DNA of 56,251 nucleotides, the filler included, from Pristiophorus japonicus (lineage: Eukaryota), in NCBI RefSeq assembly GCF_044704955.1. It is 4 parts of 3 records of this genome, joined end to end, with 100 filler letters (N's around TTAATTAATTAA, not from the genome) between each part and the next. Parts side by side here need not be neighbours in the genome. Positions count along the whole stretch, not along the records: positions 29,426 to 56,251 come from NW_027252336.1; 3 more parts are not named here. One strand, 5' to 3'. Shown here piece by piece: positions 36,721-49,925 of this stretch; position 1 is the first letter of the stretch, and every line of letters starts with the position of its first letter. Made by a program: the position numbers and the translations under genes. The notes under the pieces are model-generated. The model worked only from the letters and a program-made list of their open reading frames with translations, ran no database searches and had not been told where the DNA came from.

Positions 36721-37653
36721 GGATACGGCAGTCACCTTCGAAGAAACAGCCAATCACTGTGCTATGATGTATGCGAGGGATTATGGCGTCATCCACGGAA
36801 TCCAGGTACGCAACTCAGTTGAAGTTAGTACCAGGGACAAACATATTTCCTGATGTTTGATTTCTGATTTAAGCAAATTGGAAAAGGAGCCTGAGGTGAA
36901 AAGGGCCGAATTTATTGATGCAGGTTTGATCAGGAATATACTACGTGAAAGAGTGGGGAAAAGAATTAATATTAACTTTAAAAAGGGAATTAGTTAAATA
37001 TCTAAAAGGAGAAAATTGCAGGGCTTTAGGAAAAGAGTGGGACTAATACGATAGCTCTTTCAAAGTGCCAGCACAGGCTTAATATTCTGATTCTAGATTC
37101 GAGGCGATGCCAGCGAATGTTGTCATTCTGTTCTCACAATTAACTTTAGCTGCAACCAGTTGGCTTCTGCTTCGTGCATGTCGCTAAGATACTCAACCTG
37201 CCCAATTGATTGGCTCTGCAGGACATTGCCACGAGTATCAAGAAATCAGTTTATTGTGAGCCCTTCATACAGGATACTGTCCTTTGGGTCCATCTCAGTG
37301 TGTGTCGGCTCACAGGAACCAATGTGGCAGGATCTGCCCGCCGTTATATACGACTTCAGCAGTCGGAGCCAAGATCTACAAAGTGGCGGGAGGTTCTGTA
37401 TGAGGGTTGAACTGAGTTCCATCACTGTGAGTGCCAGGGCACGTTAATAAACTGCAGGTCCAGTCATCTGCAGCCCAGAGATGGTTAAACCGGTAAACTT
37501 AGTCACAATTTAGAGATCTGCAGAGAAACGTCTCTGGCAAAATATATTACCTTCATAATAGCCGATGTATTTCACCAGAATAATCTCGATCGCAGGTAGG
37601 TTGTGGTAAGTGTTCCCTGTGCTGGTTTAAATTGTGCTAATTAAGAAGGACAT

Positions 37654-39130
37654 TAGAAACATAGAAACATAGAAAATAGGTGCAGGAGTAGGCCATTCGG
37701 CCCTTCTAGCCTGCACCGCCATTCAATGAGTTCATGGCTGAACATTCAACTTCAGTACCCCATTCCTGCTTTCTCGCCATACCCCTTGATCCCCCTAGCA
37801 GTAAGGACCTCATCTAACTCCTTTTTGAATATATTTAGTGAATTGGCCTCAACAACTTTCTGTGGTAGAGAATTCCACAGGTTCACCACTCTCTGGGTGA
37901 AGAAGTTCCTCCGCATCTCGGTCCTAAATGGCTTACCCCTTATCCTTAGACTGTGACCCCTGGTTCTGGACTTCCCCAACATTGGGAACATTCTTCTTGC
38001 ATCTAACCTGTCTAACCCCGTCAGAATTTTATATGTTTCTATGAGGTCCCCTCTCATTCTTCTGAACTCCAGTGATTAAAAGCCCAGTTGATCCAGTCTT
38101 TCTTGATAGGTCAGTCCCGCCATCCCGGGAATCAGTCTGGTGAACCTTCGCTGCACTCCCTCAATAGCAAGAATGTCTTTCCTCAGGTTAGGTGACCAAA
38201 ACTGTACACAATACTCCAGGTGTGGCCTCACCAATGCCCTGTACAACTGTAGCAACACCTCCCTGCCACTGTACTCAAATCCCCTTGCTATGAAGGCCAA
38301 CGTGCCATTTGCTTTCTTAACCGCCTGCTGCACCTGCATGCCAACCTTCAATGACTGATGTACCATGACACCCAGGTCTCTTTGCACCTCCCCTTTTCCT
38401 AATCTGTCACCATTCAGATAATAGTCTGTCTCTCTGTTTTTACCACCAAAGTGGATAACCTCACATTTATCCACAATATACTTCATCTGCCATGCATTTG
38501 CCCACTCACCTAACCTATCCAAGTCGCTCTGCAGCCTCACAGCATCCTCCTCGCAGCTCACACTGCCACCCAACTTAGTGTCATCCGCAAATTTGGAGAT
38601 ACTACATTTAATCCCCTCATCTAAATCATTAATGTACAGTGTAAACAGCTGGGGCCCCAGCACAGAACCTTGCGGTACCCCACTAGTCACTGCCTGCCAT
38701 TCTGAAAAGTACCCATTTACTCCTACTCTTTGCTTCCTGTCTGACAACCAGTTCTCAATCCATGTCAGTACACTACCCCCAATCCCATGTGCTCTAACTT
38801 TGCACATCAATCTCTTGTGTGGGACCTTGTCGAACGCCTTCTGAAAGTCCAAATATACCACATCAACTGGTTCTCCCTTATCCACTCTACTGGAAACATC
38901 CTCAAAAAATTCCAGAAGATTTGTCAAGCATGATTTCCCTTTCACAAATCCATGCTGACTTGGACCTATCATGTCACCTCTTTCCAAATGCACTGCTATG
39001 ACATCCTTAATAATTGATTCCATCATTTTACCCACTACCGATGTCAGGCTGACCGGTCTATAATTCCCTGTTTTCTCTCTCCCTCCTTTTTTAAAAAGTG
39101 GGGTTACATTGGCTACCCTCCACTCCATCA
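37654..39130 (-). mobile_element. Young 5'-truncated CR1 with an open 351-aa RT frame
   Basis: ORF 38076-39131 carries all RT motifs (QHGF, DFQKAFD, GVPQGSVLGP, FADD); single break at about 38075; (agaaacat)n tail. Confidence 0.95.
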
Positions 39131-39354
39131 AATGCTGTTACCCAATTAAAGAATTTGGTGCCTTTTACCAGGAGAAGAATTGCATGCAATGCTTCTTTAC
39201 TTTCTGTTATACCTCCCTGCCAAACATTTGCTCACTTTACTGAGTATAGCAGCTTGCAATGGGAAATAGAATTTAAATTTTAAGGTGTTGATCGTGACAT
39301 TGTAATAGCGCCCATATCGTACCATCATATCATTATATTGTGGCTGGTGCAGGA

Positions 39355-40665
39355 TCATAGAATCATAGAATGGGTTACAGCATAAATTGACACATTTCGG
39401 CCTGTGGAGCCCCTGTCCGCACTCTGCAAGAGCACCTCAGCTATTCCCACTCCCCACCTTTTCCTCATAGCCCTGCATTTTTCCCCTTTAGTTAGCTATC
39501 CAACATCCTTTTGAAAACTACGATTGAACTTGCCACCACCATCCTTTCAGGCAGTGCTTTCCAGATCATAACCACTCGCTGCATAAAAAAGTTATTCCTC
39601 AAGTCACCTTTGATTCTTTTGCCAGTCCACTTAAATCTGTGTCCTCTTGTTCTCGAACCTTCCTCCAATGGGAAGAGTTTCGCCCTGTCTTTTCTGTCCC
39701 GAACACTCATGATTTTGAACACCTCTATCAAATGTCCTCTCAAGGTTCACTGCACCAGAGAACAACTCCAGCTTCTCCAGTCTATGCACGTAAATTTAAT
39801 CCCTCATCCCTGTAACCATTGTTCTAATTTTTCTGCACTCTCTCGAAGGCCTTCACATCCTTCCTAAAGTGTGATGCACAGCATTGGATACAACATCCAG
39901 TTGAGCACGAACCAGTGTTTTATAGAGGATTATCTTAACTTCCATGCTTTGGTACGCTATGCCTCTATTTATGAAGCCCAGGATGGCGATTGTTGTTTTA
40001 ACTGCTTTCTCAACCTGCCACTCTCAACGATTTGTGAACGTGTATCCCAGGTTTCTCTGTTCATGCACCCCCTTTAGGATTGTACCCTTTAATTTATACT
40101 GCTTCTCCTCGTTCTTCCTACCAAAATGTTAAACTTCACACTTTTCTGCATTGGATTTCATCTGCCACGGATCCGCCCATTCCAACAGCCTGCGGTGCCC
40201 TTTTGAAGTCTATCACTGTCCGCGTCAATGTTCACCATACTTCTAAGTTTTGTGTCGTCTGTAAATTTTGCAATTGAGACAAGTACACCCAAGTCCAATT
40301 CATTAATATATATCAAGAAAAGCAACGTTCCTGATAAAGACTCCTGGGTAACACTGATATCAGTCAGAAACACATTCCATTCATCACTAATCCCTCTTTC
40401 CTGTCATTCAGCTAATTTGGTACCCATGCTGCAACTTTCCCTCTTACTCTATGGGCTTCTACTTTGCAGGCAAACGTATTAGCTGGCACTTCAACTTTTT
40501 GGAAGTTCATGTATACCACATCAACCGCATTGCCCTCAACTACTCTCTCTGTTACCAACGTAAAAAAACTCAATCAAGTTATTTAAACACAATTTACCTT
40601 TAACAACTGCATACTGGCGTCCTTTAATTAATCCATACTTGTCCAAGTGACTGTAAATTTTGTCT
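39355..40665 (-). mobile_element. Degenerate CR1
   Basis: atcatagaatcatagaa tail; RT remnants FTDDTKL and LIEVFKIM. Confidence 0.85.
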
Positions 40666-41272
40666 CTATTTTTCGCAGGATCACAGAGACTGCTGCCATG
40701 ATCCACCACTCGCAATAGTCCTGAGAGTTATGGATCAAGGATATTCAGAGCGGTCTCTACAGGATAACAACTGGTTGTCACATAGTCGCATAATCCTGAC
40801 TCTAAGAAGGAAAGAAAGAAAGTACTGGATTTATATAGCACCTTTTACAACGAGTGGATGTCTCAAAGCGCTTTACAGCCAGTGAAATACTTTTTGAAAG
40901 TGTAGTCACTGTTGTAATGCAGTGAGCCGATGGTGATTCATGAGAGCACGATAGAATGGAAAAGTATCTGTTAGCATTGGTTTGATAATACTACTCTGAG
41001 GAACCAAACCGCCGGCAGTACTGAAAAAGGGCCCTCTGATTAAAATATAATCTTAATTACACGCAAATCAGTTGTACGATTTCTCACACATGGATGTCAA
41101 GATGTACGATATCGCGCATGTGGATGTCGAGATATTCAATTTCTCAGACTTGGATGTCGAGATGGGCCATGTTATTGGGGCTGATGGAGCTGGACAAAGC
41201 TGGTTCAGAGCTGACAGGACAGGATGGCCCACTGGGTGTGATGTAATGCAGAATTAACACGAAAATACATTT

Positions 41273-44137
41273 TTATAATTTGATTAATTTTATAATGAGA
41301 TTCATTGGATATTTCAGCGCATCCATTAACTCCTCTCTGAATTTACTCTGGATCACTGAATAAATACACGTGTTTGTGCAGGAACTCAAAAGCTGAAGAC
41401 TATTTCCGGTTTCTTGGAGAATACATTTTGGGTCTTTGAAATTGGAACCTGAGAAATAATTATTCTTTGTAATTCGGACATACAAGAAATTTACAACGTA
41501 CACTGTCATAATAGGATGAAACTGCCCGAGATGGTAAAGTGTAAAACGATTAATTTTCTCCGGCTCTCCAACTCTGGGTCGCTTTGATTCTCTCCATTGC
41601 TGTGGGCCCGGAGCCTTCTGCGGACTCTGCTCGTCGCTAGAATATGTCTGACGGTCAGAGCATTGAGCAGCAATATCAGGAGAAAGTCATGGCGTTAAAA
41701 TTCTGTCAAGCCATTCATATACTATCCATAGAGGAGAACGATAAAATATTACTTTGATGTTACATAACCATGGGGCATTGTCAGTTATGAACATAGGTTC
41801 ATAAGTGAGATAAGAAGTGATGTTTTTTTAAACAGCCAGGGCACCGACCATGACTATAATCAGAGCTGCACTTTTCTCAGTGCAATATTTTGTTTTCAGT
41901 TTCTGGCATCATATCGCCACAAATCGATCGAAGGTGAAAGCGACTGTTAACCAGATGGAACTATCCGTGGCTACATAAATTAGGATAGATGTTATAGTAC
42001 AGCCTGGAGTAGTGGACAGCAGACTAAATTGAAAATAAATTCCAATGATCCGGTTTAATATCACAGCGGTGATAATGACCAGGAGATCTGCCACTGCCAT
42101 GGACAGCAGGTACTAAGTGATACATCTGGAAAGACCGCACTTTCCTCGGGACAGGATCACAATTATCACCAAGTTAGCTGCAGGAAATAGACAGAAAAGA
42201 AAACAGTAACATTAAGTATCACTCCTCCTTGATGTTTATTTATTTTGATCATATTTCAGCCTCGCGATGGGAATGATTCAGTGACCTGTCGGCAGAGATT
42301 GATCTGTTAAGATTTGAATAATGTTTGAGGAAGGGAAGCAGGAACAGCGAAAGTGAAGGAGCGTGGGCGGACTAAAGCAATGAATGAGGAGCAGGACAGT
42401 GAGAACAGGCCAAGGAGTTTTAGGTGCAACTTCGTGACTACAACCGTTTATCGTTCACTGATTGCCATCCATTTAATGACTCAGAATATCCCTTCAATAA
42501 TTGCATGGCTAAAATCACACGTCAATCATGCAATCACTCAATCTGTTCAGAAATTCGATCATATAGACTCATAGATTCATAGAAGCTTACAGCACGGAAG
42601 GAGGCCCTCGACCAACAAGAAGCTTTTCAGCTTAATCACACGTTCCAGCTCTAGGTCTGTAATCCTGCAGGTTACGGCACCTATGGTGCATATCCAAGTA
42701 CTTTTTAAATGTGGTGAGGTGTTCTGCCTCTACCATCCTTTCAGGCAGTGAGTTCCAGAACACTCTGCATGAAGAAATTCCCCTCAAATCCCCTTTAAAA
42801 CTTTTAATTATTTTAAATTGATGTATCCTGGTTGTTGATCCCTCTGCTAATGGCAATAGACCCTTTCTATCCACTATATCTAGGCCCGTCATAACTTTAT
42901 ACACATCAATGAAGTTTCCCCTCTGTTCCAAGAAAAACAAATCCAGCCTATCCAATCTGTCCTCGTGGCTAATATTCCCCACTACCGGCAACATGCTCGT
43001 AAATCTGCAGTTCAATCATCTCCTTCCTGCAATGCGGTGACCAGAACTGCACACAATACTTCAGCTGTGGCCTAGCAAGTGTTTTATACAGTTGACGCAT
43101 AAGCCCCCCCTGCTCTTGAATTTTATGCCGCGGCTAATAAATGCAAGCTTTAATTATGCCTTATTAATCACCTTATCTACTTGTACTGCTAACTTCAGGG
43201 ATCTGTGGACATGCACTCCAACGTCTCTTTGTCCCTCGACACTTCTCAGTGAACCATTTAATGTGTATTCCCTTTCCTTGTCAACCTTCCCCAAATGCAT
43301 TACCTCACAAACCTCTGGATTAAATTCAATTTGCCACTGTTCTGCCCACCTGACCCGTTGATAGACATTTTCCTGCTGTCTGCACCTTTATTCTTCATTA
43401 TCAACCACACAGTTGATTTTAATATCGTTTCAACGCAATAGCCAGAAAGAGATGCATTTTAAATACCCTTTACACGCATCATTTCTGGACATTTGTCCAT
43501 CGACAGCATTTGTGAACCTGTGTTTGATCACCAGAATTAACTGTACTGATAAAAAGTGGCGGGAAATACATATCAAGATACACATTATTGACCGATCATT
43601 GTCGCATTGGTTCACTTCAGATTTTTTCATCAGTCACACGATTCTTACTTTTTAAAAATAACGACTTTTGGACTTGAACAGAGATTATTAGCTGAAGGCA
43701 GTGCGAATATAGATCTGGGACAGAAAGTCACGCTGATGCAGAATAATGTTGTAATAAATTTTGCTTTGGACACCCGGGGAACTTTACAATTCCAATAAAA
43801 TGTCACACTGAACAGGGATACAGAAGACACATACTCTGACTCAGGGAGATTTGAAATGAGACCAGAAAACCTGGAAGGTCAAGCAACATCTGTGGAGAGA
43901 GAAAATGAGTTAATGTATCAGATCAGTGATCTTTCATCAGAACACAATGAACAAAGCGGCTGTGAAGCAAAATCTCGAAACACAAAATGCCAAATCGCGT
44001 AAAGATGCAGATCATCAGCAGAAACCGTGATATCCTTAACAACCAATGACTTGCTGTAATACCTTACCTGGAACACCGACAGCAGCGAGAAGCAGATAGT
44101 AAATGGCAAGTATTGGACTGTTTCCAGGGGCGTGCAT
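41273..44137 (-). pseudogene. GPR139/142-like class A GPCR pseudogene, two exons (44137-44068, 42177-41273)
   Basis: Exon 1 MHAPGNSPILAIYYLLLAAVGVP|gtaagg. Exon 2 cctgcag|NLVIIVILSRGKCGLSRCIT*YLLSMAVADLL...TVAFTFDRFVAI*...LQLLSSCTNTCIYSVIQSKFREEL. Stops at 42113-42115 and 41909-41911, plus frameshifts. Confidence 0.88.
42572..43430 (-). mobile_element. CR1 3' fragment in the GPCR intron
   Basis: RLDRLDLFFLE...WNSLPERMVEA; catagattcataga tail. Confidence 0.8.
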
Positions 44138-44489
44138 TCTCTGTGAGAAACGAATTGCTGGAGACAGTAGCTCCAATATGAGTTGTGGCTCATTCTAATG
44201 ATCCCTTAGTTATACCGAATGTTAATCCCTAGTGAGCCAATCAGATTATGCAATTTTATTGTGAGCTACGGTCATTGAAACAAACAAATTAAGGCAGCCA
44301 TTTTCGAGTTCACCTTTTCTACATTACAATAACTTCCAATGAATATTGCACCATGTGGCAGGGGAAAAAAGACTTCCGTATCTTTCTAAGGAAAATATAA
44401 TGTAAATCTCCATCTGGACATTCGAAGATGGCATAAAACCATACACAGCATAGAGGTCCGAGTTCAATTCCTGGTGTTTTCTTTTGAAC

Positions 44490-44797
44490 TATGGGGCACA
44501 GTCTCAGGATAAGGGGAAGCATATTTAGGATCGAGATGAGGAGGAATTTCTTCACTCAGAGGGTTGTGAATCTTTTGAATTCTCGGCCACATCGGGCTGT
44601 GGATCCCGAATCTCTGAATATATTCAAGACTTAGGTAGATATATTTTTGGAGTCTATGGGGAATCTGGGGATATGAAGATTGTGCAGGAAAGTGGAGTTG
44701 AGTTCGATGATCAATCATGAATTTATTGAATGGCAGAGCAGGCTCGAGAGGCATAGGGCCTACTCCTGCTACTATTTCTAATGGTTTGTTATGTTCC
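44490..44797 (+). mobile_element. CR1 3' end
   Basis: gagatgaggaggaatttcttcactcagagggttgtgaat...gcctactcctgct. Confidence 0.75.
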
Positions 44798-45224
44798 TTA
44801 ATCAGACCCAAATTATCTCAATGGGAGAAAGCAGTTGTGCGATCTAATGATAACTTTTGTCTCCCATCCTGCAATAAAGCAGTCATAGTGTAGTAGGTGG
44901 TGCTATCTTTGGACAGAGCACCCCTTGTTCTGCAGCAAACCGTCATACGGCAGAAGGGCTGCTACAATTATAAAGCACATCCCTCATCATCCGATAAATC
45001 AATAATCGGGATGGTACAACTAGACAGACAAATAAGATGTAAACAGAAACGTGTTTTATCAATTAAAACATGCAATACTCAAATAAACAGGGTTGAATAC
45101 AGGAAACAGCTAAAGAAAATGATGGCTGCTATCACAACATCAAACACTAATGGACTAATGGTTTGTAGACAACTGTGGCAGTAATGGGATCAGCATTTTT
45201 CTTTACGTGGTGAATCAGAGACTT

Positions 45225-47112
45225 ATCAAAGATTGAATTGGGCCACTGAAGGGTGTTCAAGGGCAGGTTTCAAAGGAATCACTAAGAATGGTGGAAATAT
45301 TACATTTGTACTTTGCATCAGTCTTCACACTTGAAAATGATTCTCGAATATTAGAATTTAATTCTACTAGTTTTGTTAGCAGCATTACCAAAGATAAAAA
45401 CGTTAGGGTAAAAATAATTAAGAACTTGAAAATAGATAGAGCAGCCGCGCTGGATGATATCCACCTGATGGTCCTCTGGGAGATAGGACATGAGCTGTGA
45501 GAGCTGCTGGCCTGTATTTATAATAGCTCACTGCTCTCTTGAATGGTTCCTACAGATTGGATGGAGACCAATGCAGACCCCATTTTTGAAATAGGTGACA
45601 AGACAGACTCGGGCAACTATAGGCCCATCAGTTTAACATCAGTGATATGTAAGATGCTTGAAGCAAACATAAGGGATTTAAGAATACTTGGATCGGGAGG
45701 CACATTTTAGGCATACCAATATGACTTCATAAAAAAGAGGTAGTATCTCACAAATCTAATTGTATTTTTTGAAACAGTTACGAAGTTTGTGGATCAGGGA
45801 AGCCCAGTAGACATTGTCCACTCAGATTTCCCAAAACATTTTGAAAAATACCGCACAAAAGGCTTTTGTATAAGATCGGAGCCTCTGGTATACGTTGAAA
45901 TATATTGAGTTGGATTCAGAACTGGCTGGCAGGAAACAGTCAAAAAGTAATAATTGATGGATTTGAATCTGATTGTAGACTAGTCACCCGTGGTGTCCCG
46001 CAGGGGTCAGTGTTGGGTATATTGTGTTTTACTATTTTTAATAATGATCTAGATTTTGGGATTGCGCGCAAAACTTTTAAATTTGCAGATGATACCAAGA
46101 TCTGAGTGAGATTTTGAATTATAGCAGATGCTCGACTGCTTCAGGCAGATCTTAATGTGCTGGTAGATTATGCTCAAGGCTGGAAAATTATGTACAACTT
46201 AGATAAGTGCATATTTATGCATGTAGTTAGGGCAAATGTTCACATTCTTACACCCTCCAGGGAAAGGTATTAAAGTTGGCGCAGATAGAAATGGAATTGC
46301 GCATTCTAGTACATACACCCTTAAAGTTACATGAGCAATGCCGTGCAGTGATAGTTACAGCAAATAAGGCATCGGGGTGTATCCAAATGACTTTTGATTA
46401 TAATAGGACGTATACTGTTATGTCCTTGAACAAGGCCTTAATCAGACCGAGCTTTGAATACTGTGTCCAGTTTTGTCCTCCTCACATGATAGGTGATATT
46501 GACACTCTGAAAAGGAGAACAAGAGGGTCACGAGGCTATTTCCAAGTATAAAGCATTTTAATTACCAATATAAGTTGAATGAGTTGGTACTCAATTCCTT
46601 AGATCAGCGTAGACTTAGGGGGGATCTGATTGAGGTTTATATAATAATGAAGGAAATAGAAGGTTTTCCAACCGATAGTTAATTTCAATTAAATAGGTTA
46701 GGTTGGACCAGGTATCACACATTTAAGTTGTATAGGACTAGATCTAGGTTAGATGTCAGGAGGTGGATCTTTTCCCAGAAGATAGTAGACCACTGTACAA
46801 TCTGTCGTTTCATGTAATGAATGCAAACTCACTGAATTCCTCAAGTGAAAGCAGGATTTGTTTCTGGCTGCGGTAGAGATCACATGTTATAGAAGGGAGG
46901 TACTGCAGGGAATTCAAGGCCAGAGTAATCACCTGGACTAGTTTCGATCATCTAGATGGATCAGAGAAGAATTTGCCAAATTTCTTCCCCCAAATTGGCC
47001 TGGGTTTTTAATCAGACTTTTGCTACTTCCAGGAGATCACATGGTTTCGGGCGGCGTGGGACAGGCTCAATGGACCAGATGGTCTTAACCTTTCCATCAT
47101 TGCATGTATGCT
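45225..47112 (+). mobile_element. Old CR1-type LINE (RT + 3' UTR)
   Basis: VTRGVPQGSVLG, FKFADDTK, RPSFEYCVQF; many stops. Confidence 0.85.
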
Positions 47113-47502
47113 CGTATCTTTGTTTGTAGAGTGTCCGTTCTCTTGCAGAAAATCTGTCATATGGCAGTGGGCGTTGCTAAATGTATACAGAGCGTCGTTT
47201 GTCTTGCGGCAAATCAGTCAGAGGGAGGCAGGGGGCGCAACAATTATTAAAGAACATACTATTCCATGCGTTAAAAAATTAAGAAAGCAGTAGGGGGCGC
47301 TACAATTATAAACGAATAAAGATATTGAAAAAGAGATNNNNNNNNNNNNNNNNNNNNNNNNNNNNNNNNNNNNNNNNNNNNNNNNNNNNNNNNNNNNNNN
47401 NNNNNNNNNNNNNNNNNNNNNNNNNNNNNNNNNNNNNNNNNNNNNNNNNNNNNNNNNNNNNNNNNNNNNNNNNNNNNNNNNNNNNNNNNNNNNNNNNNNN
47501 NN

Positions 47503-47765
47503 GAGAGAGGGATAATCTGCCAGCTAGGCAGATAGAAAGATAGACAGACAGCCAAATAGATTGATAGTTGCATAGATCGACTGATACATACATAGATAGA
47601 TAGACAGACATACCGACAGACAGACTGATAGACAGACTGACAGACTTACTAACAGATAGATAGTTAGACAGATAGACAAAGAGGGCTAGAAGAATCTATA
47701 GATATATCGACAGACTGAAAGATAGATATTGATAGGGCACACAAATAGCTCGGTAGATAGGTAAA
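47503..47765. repeat. (GATA/GACA)n microsatellite next to a sized gap (47338-47502)
   Basis: Direct inspection. Confidence 0.85.
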
Positions 47766-48235
47766 TATCATGTTGAAAGCAACATATTAATGAAAGGAAT
47801 GTCCTTGAAGAGAAAATGAGCGCTGTTTGCAGTTCGAGTTGTGTCTGTGGAAAAGTTACAATTTCAAAATCAAGTTATGGAAATCTCATTTTGTACAGAC
47901 ATATAATGCACTGCATGGTGGGACTGGTGACCAGAGTCTGCAATAACATAATGCAGGAGAGGGGCGAGGGTCAGGAGATGGAAACAGCAGGGTGTATTGA
48001 CACTTGATAAATGTACATTTGGCACACTGTAATTAAAGAATGTAAACAACTTGCTCATCCAGTCTGAATCAGACCGACCTTCATCTCCTTTCCTTGTTGC
48101 TGGATGTGATGCTATGTCTCAGGATCAAGTGGACACTATCTCAACAGTCCTTAAAACCGTGGATGTACATTACGAGTCACATCAGAAATTATATTCAAAT
48201 GAAAATCAGTGAGGTACAATGCAGGGATACATAAT

Positions 48236-48642
48236 AACATAAAAAATCGGAGCAGCAAGAGGCCATTTGGCCCTGCGAGCCTCTCCGCCCTTCAGTAAGG
48301 TAATGGCTGATCTTGTACCTCAACTGCACTTTCCAGCACTATCAAGAATCCCTTGATTCACTTATTATCCGACAATCTATCGACATGTGCATTGAATATA
48401 CTGAACGAGTATGCCTCCACTGCCCTCTTGAGCAGAGAATTCCAAAGAATCACCCCCCTCTGTGAAGACATTTCTTTTCATCTAAGTCCTGGTTTATCCT
48501 GAGATAGTGAAAGCCTAGTTCTAGACTCTCCTGCCAGATCTTCCCTGCGTCTACCCTGTAAAGCCCTGGATGAATGTTGTAGTTTTTATATGACATTTTA
48601 TTCTTCGTAACTCTAGAGGATATAGGAGTAGTCTACTCAATC
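48236..48642 (-). mobile_element. CR1 3' fragment ending at a sized gap (48643-49045)
   Basis: acataa tail, ggccatttggccc motif, RT C-terminal remnants. Confidence 0.75.
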
Positions 48643-49067
48643 NNNNNNNNNNNNNNNNNNNNNNNNNNNNNNNNNNNNNNNNNNNNNNNNNNNNNNNNNN
48701 NNNNNNNNNNNNNNNNNNNNNNNNNNNNNNNNNNNNNNNNNNNNNNNNNNNNNNNNNNNNNNNNNNNNNNNNNNNNNNNNNNNNNNNNNNNNNNNNNNNN
48801 NNNNNNNNNNNNNNNNNNNNNNNNNNNNNNNNNNNNNNNNNNNNNNNNNNNNNNNNNNNNNNNNNNNNNNNNNNNNNNNNNNNNNNNNNNNNNNNNNNNN
48901 NNNNNNNNNNNNNNNNNNNNNNNNNNNNNNNNNNNNNNNNNNNNNNNNNNNNNNNNNNNNNNNNNNNNNNNNNNNNNNNNNNNNNNNNNNNNNNNNNNNN
49001 NNNNNNNNNNNNNNNNNNNNNNNNNNNNNNNNNNNNNNNNNNNNNGCAAGCAGGGAATAAGAGGCAC

Positions 49068-49765
49068 CCGTCACCGTGCAGATATTACCATGAGGGTTTC
49101 AGACTGAGACACCAGTCGATGTACTGATATGTCCCTGAGGAAGGAAGTCATATGGATACCAATCAATGTCGAGATCTCCCCCTGAAGGAGAGGGAGTGAG
49201 AGAAATCAGTCAATGTACAGATATCTCCCTGTGGAGTGGAACTGAGGGACATCAGTCAATATTCTGATATCTCCATGAAGGAGAGGGAGAGAGATAAACC
49301 GTCCATTGTACAGATAGCTCCTCAGGACATCAGACAGAGAGACACCCGTCAGTGTCCAGATATCTCTTGAGTATGCAGGTATAGCCATGAGGGATAGGGG
49401 AATGAGGACAACAGTCGATATATTGATACCTCCATGCTTGACAGGGATGGAGAGACAGGAGCCAGTGCATAGCTATCTCTCTCAGAGAGAGGAGACTGAG
49501 ACGCCAGGCACTGCACAGATATCTCTTGTGCGAGCAGGGACTGAGGGACACCAGCCAGTCTATAGAAATCTCCCTGAGTTGGGAAGGGACTGAGAGATAC
49601 CAGCAGTGTACAAACATTTCTTGAGTGAAAGAGACTGGGAGACACCAGTCAATGTAAATATGTTTTCCTGCGAGAGAGGTGGGGGTCATCGAGACATCTG
49701 TAAATATACAGTTAACATCGGGAGGGAGAGGGACTTAGATATTAGTCAGTGCACAGATATCTCGC
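49068..49765. repeat. Degenerate minisatellite of about 45 bp
   Basis: Recurrent gagacaccagtcaatgtacagatatctccct. Confidence 0.8.
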
Positions 49766-49925
49766 TTTCTCACGTATAGGATGACATTATTTTCAGTATT
49801 TCAATAACTTTAATCATATCCGTCCATTTACATGATGCAATTTCCTCCTTGATGTGTGAAATTATGCATGCTGGAACCTCAGGGATCTCTTGTATCTACT
49901 GGTTTCCAAAGATTTCAGAGAGGAA

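Noticed and set aside
37140-37620. Unique sequence with short ORFs downstream of IgM
   Set aside because: No recognisable Ig or other domain in the frames I read. A translated search would be needed to exclude a decayed exon.
47271-49074. ORFs containing long X runs
   Set aside because: Artefacts of translating through assembly gaps.
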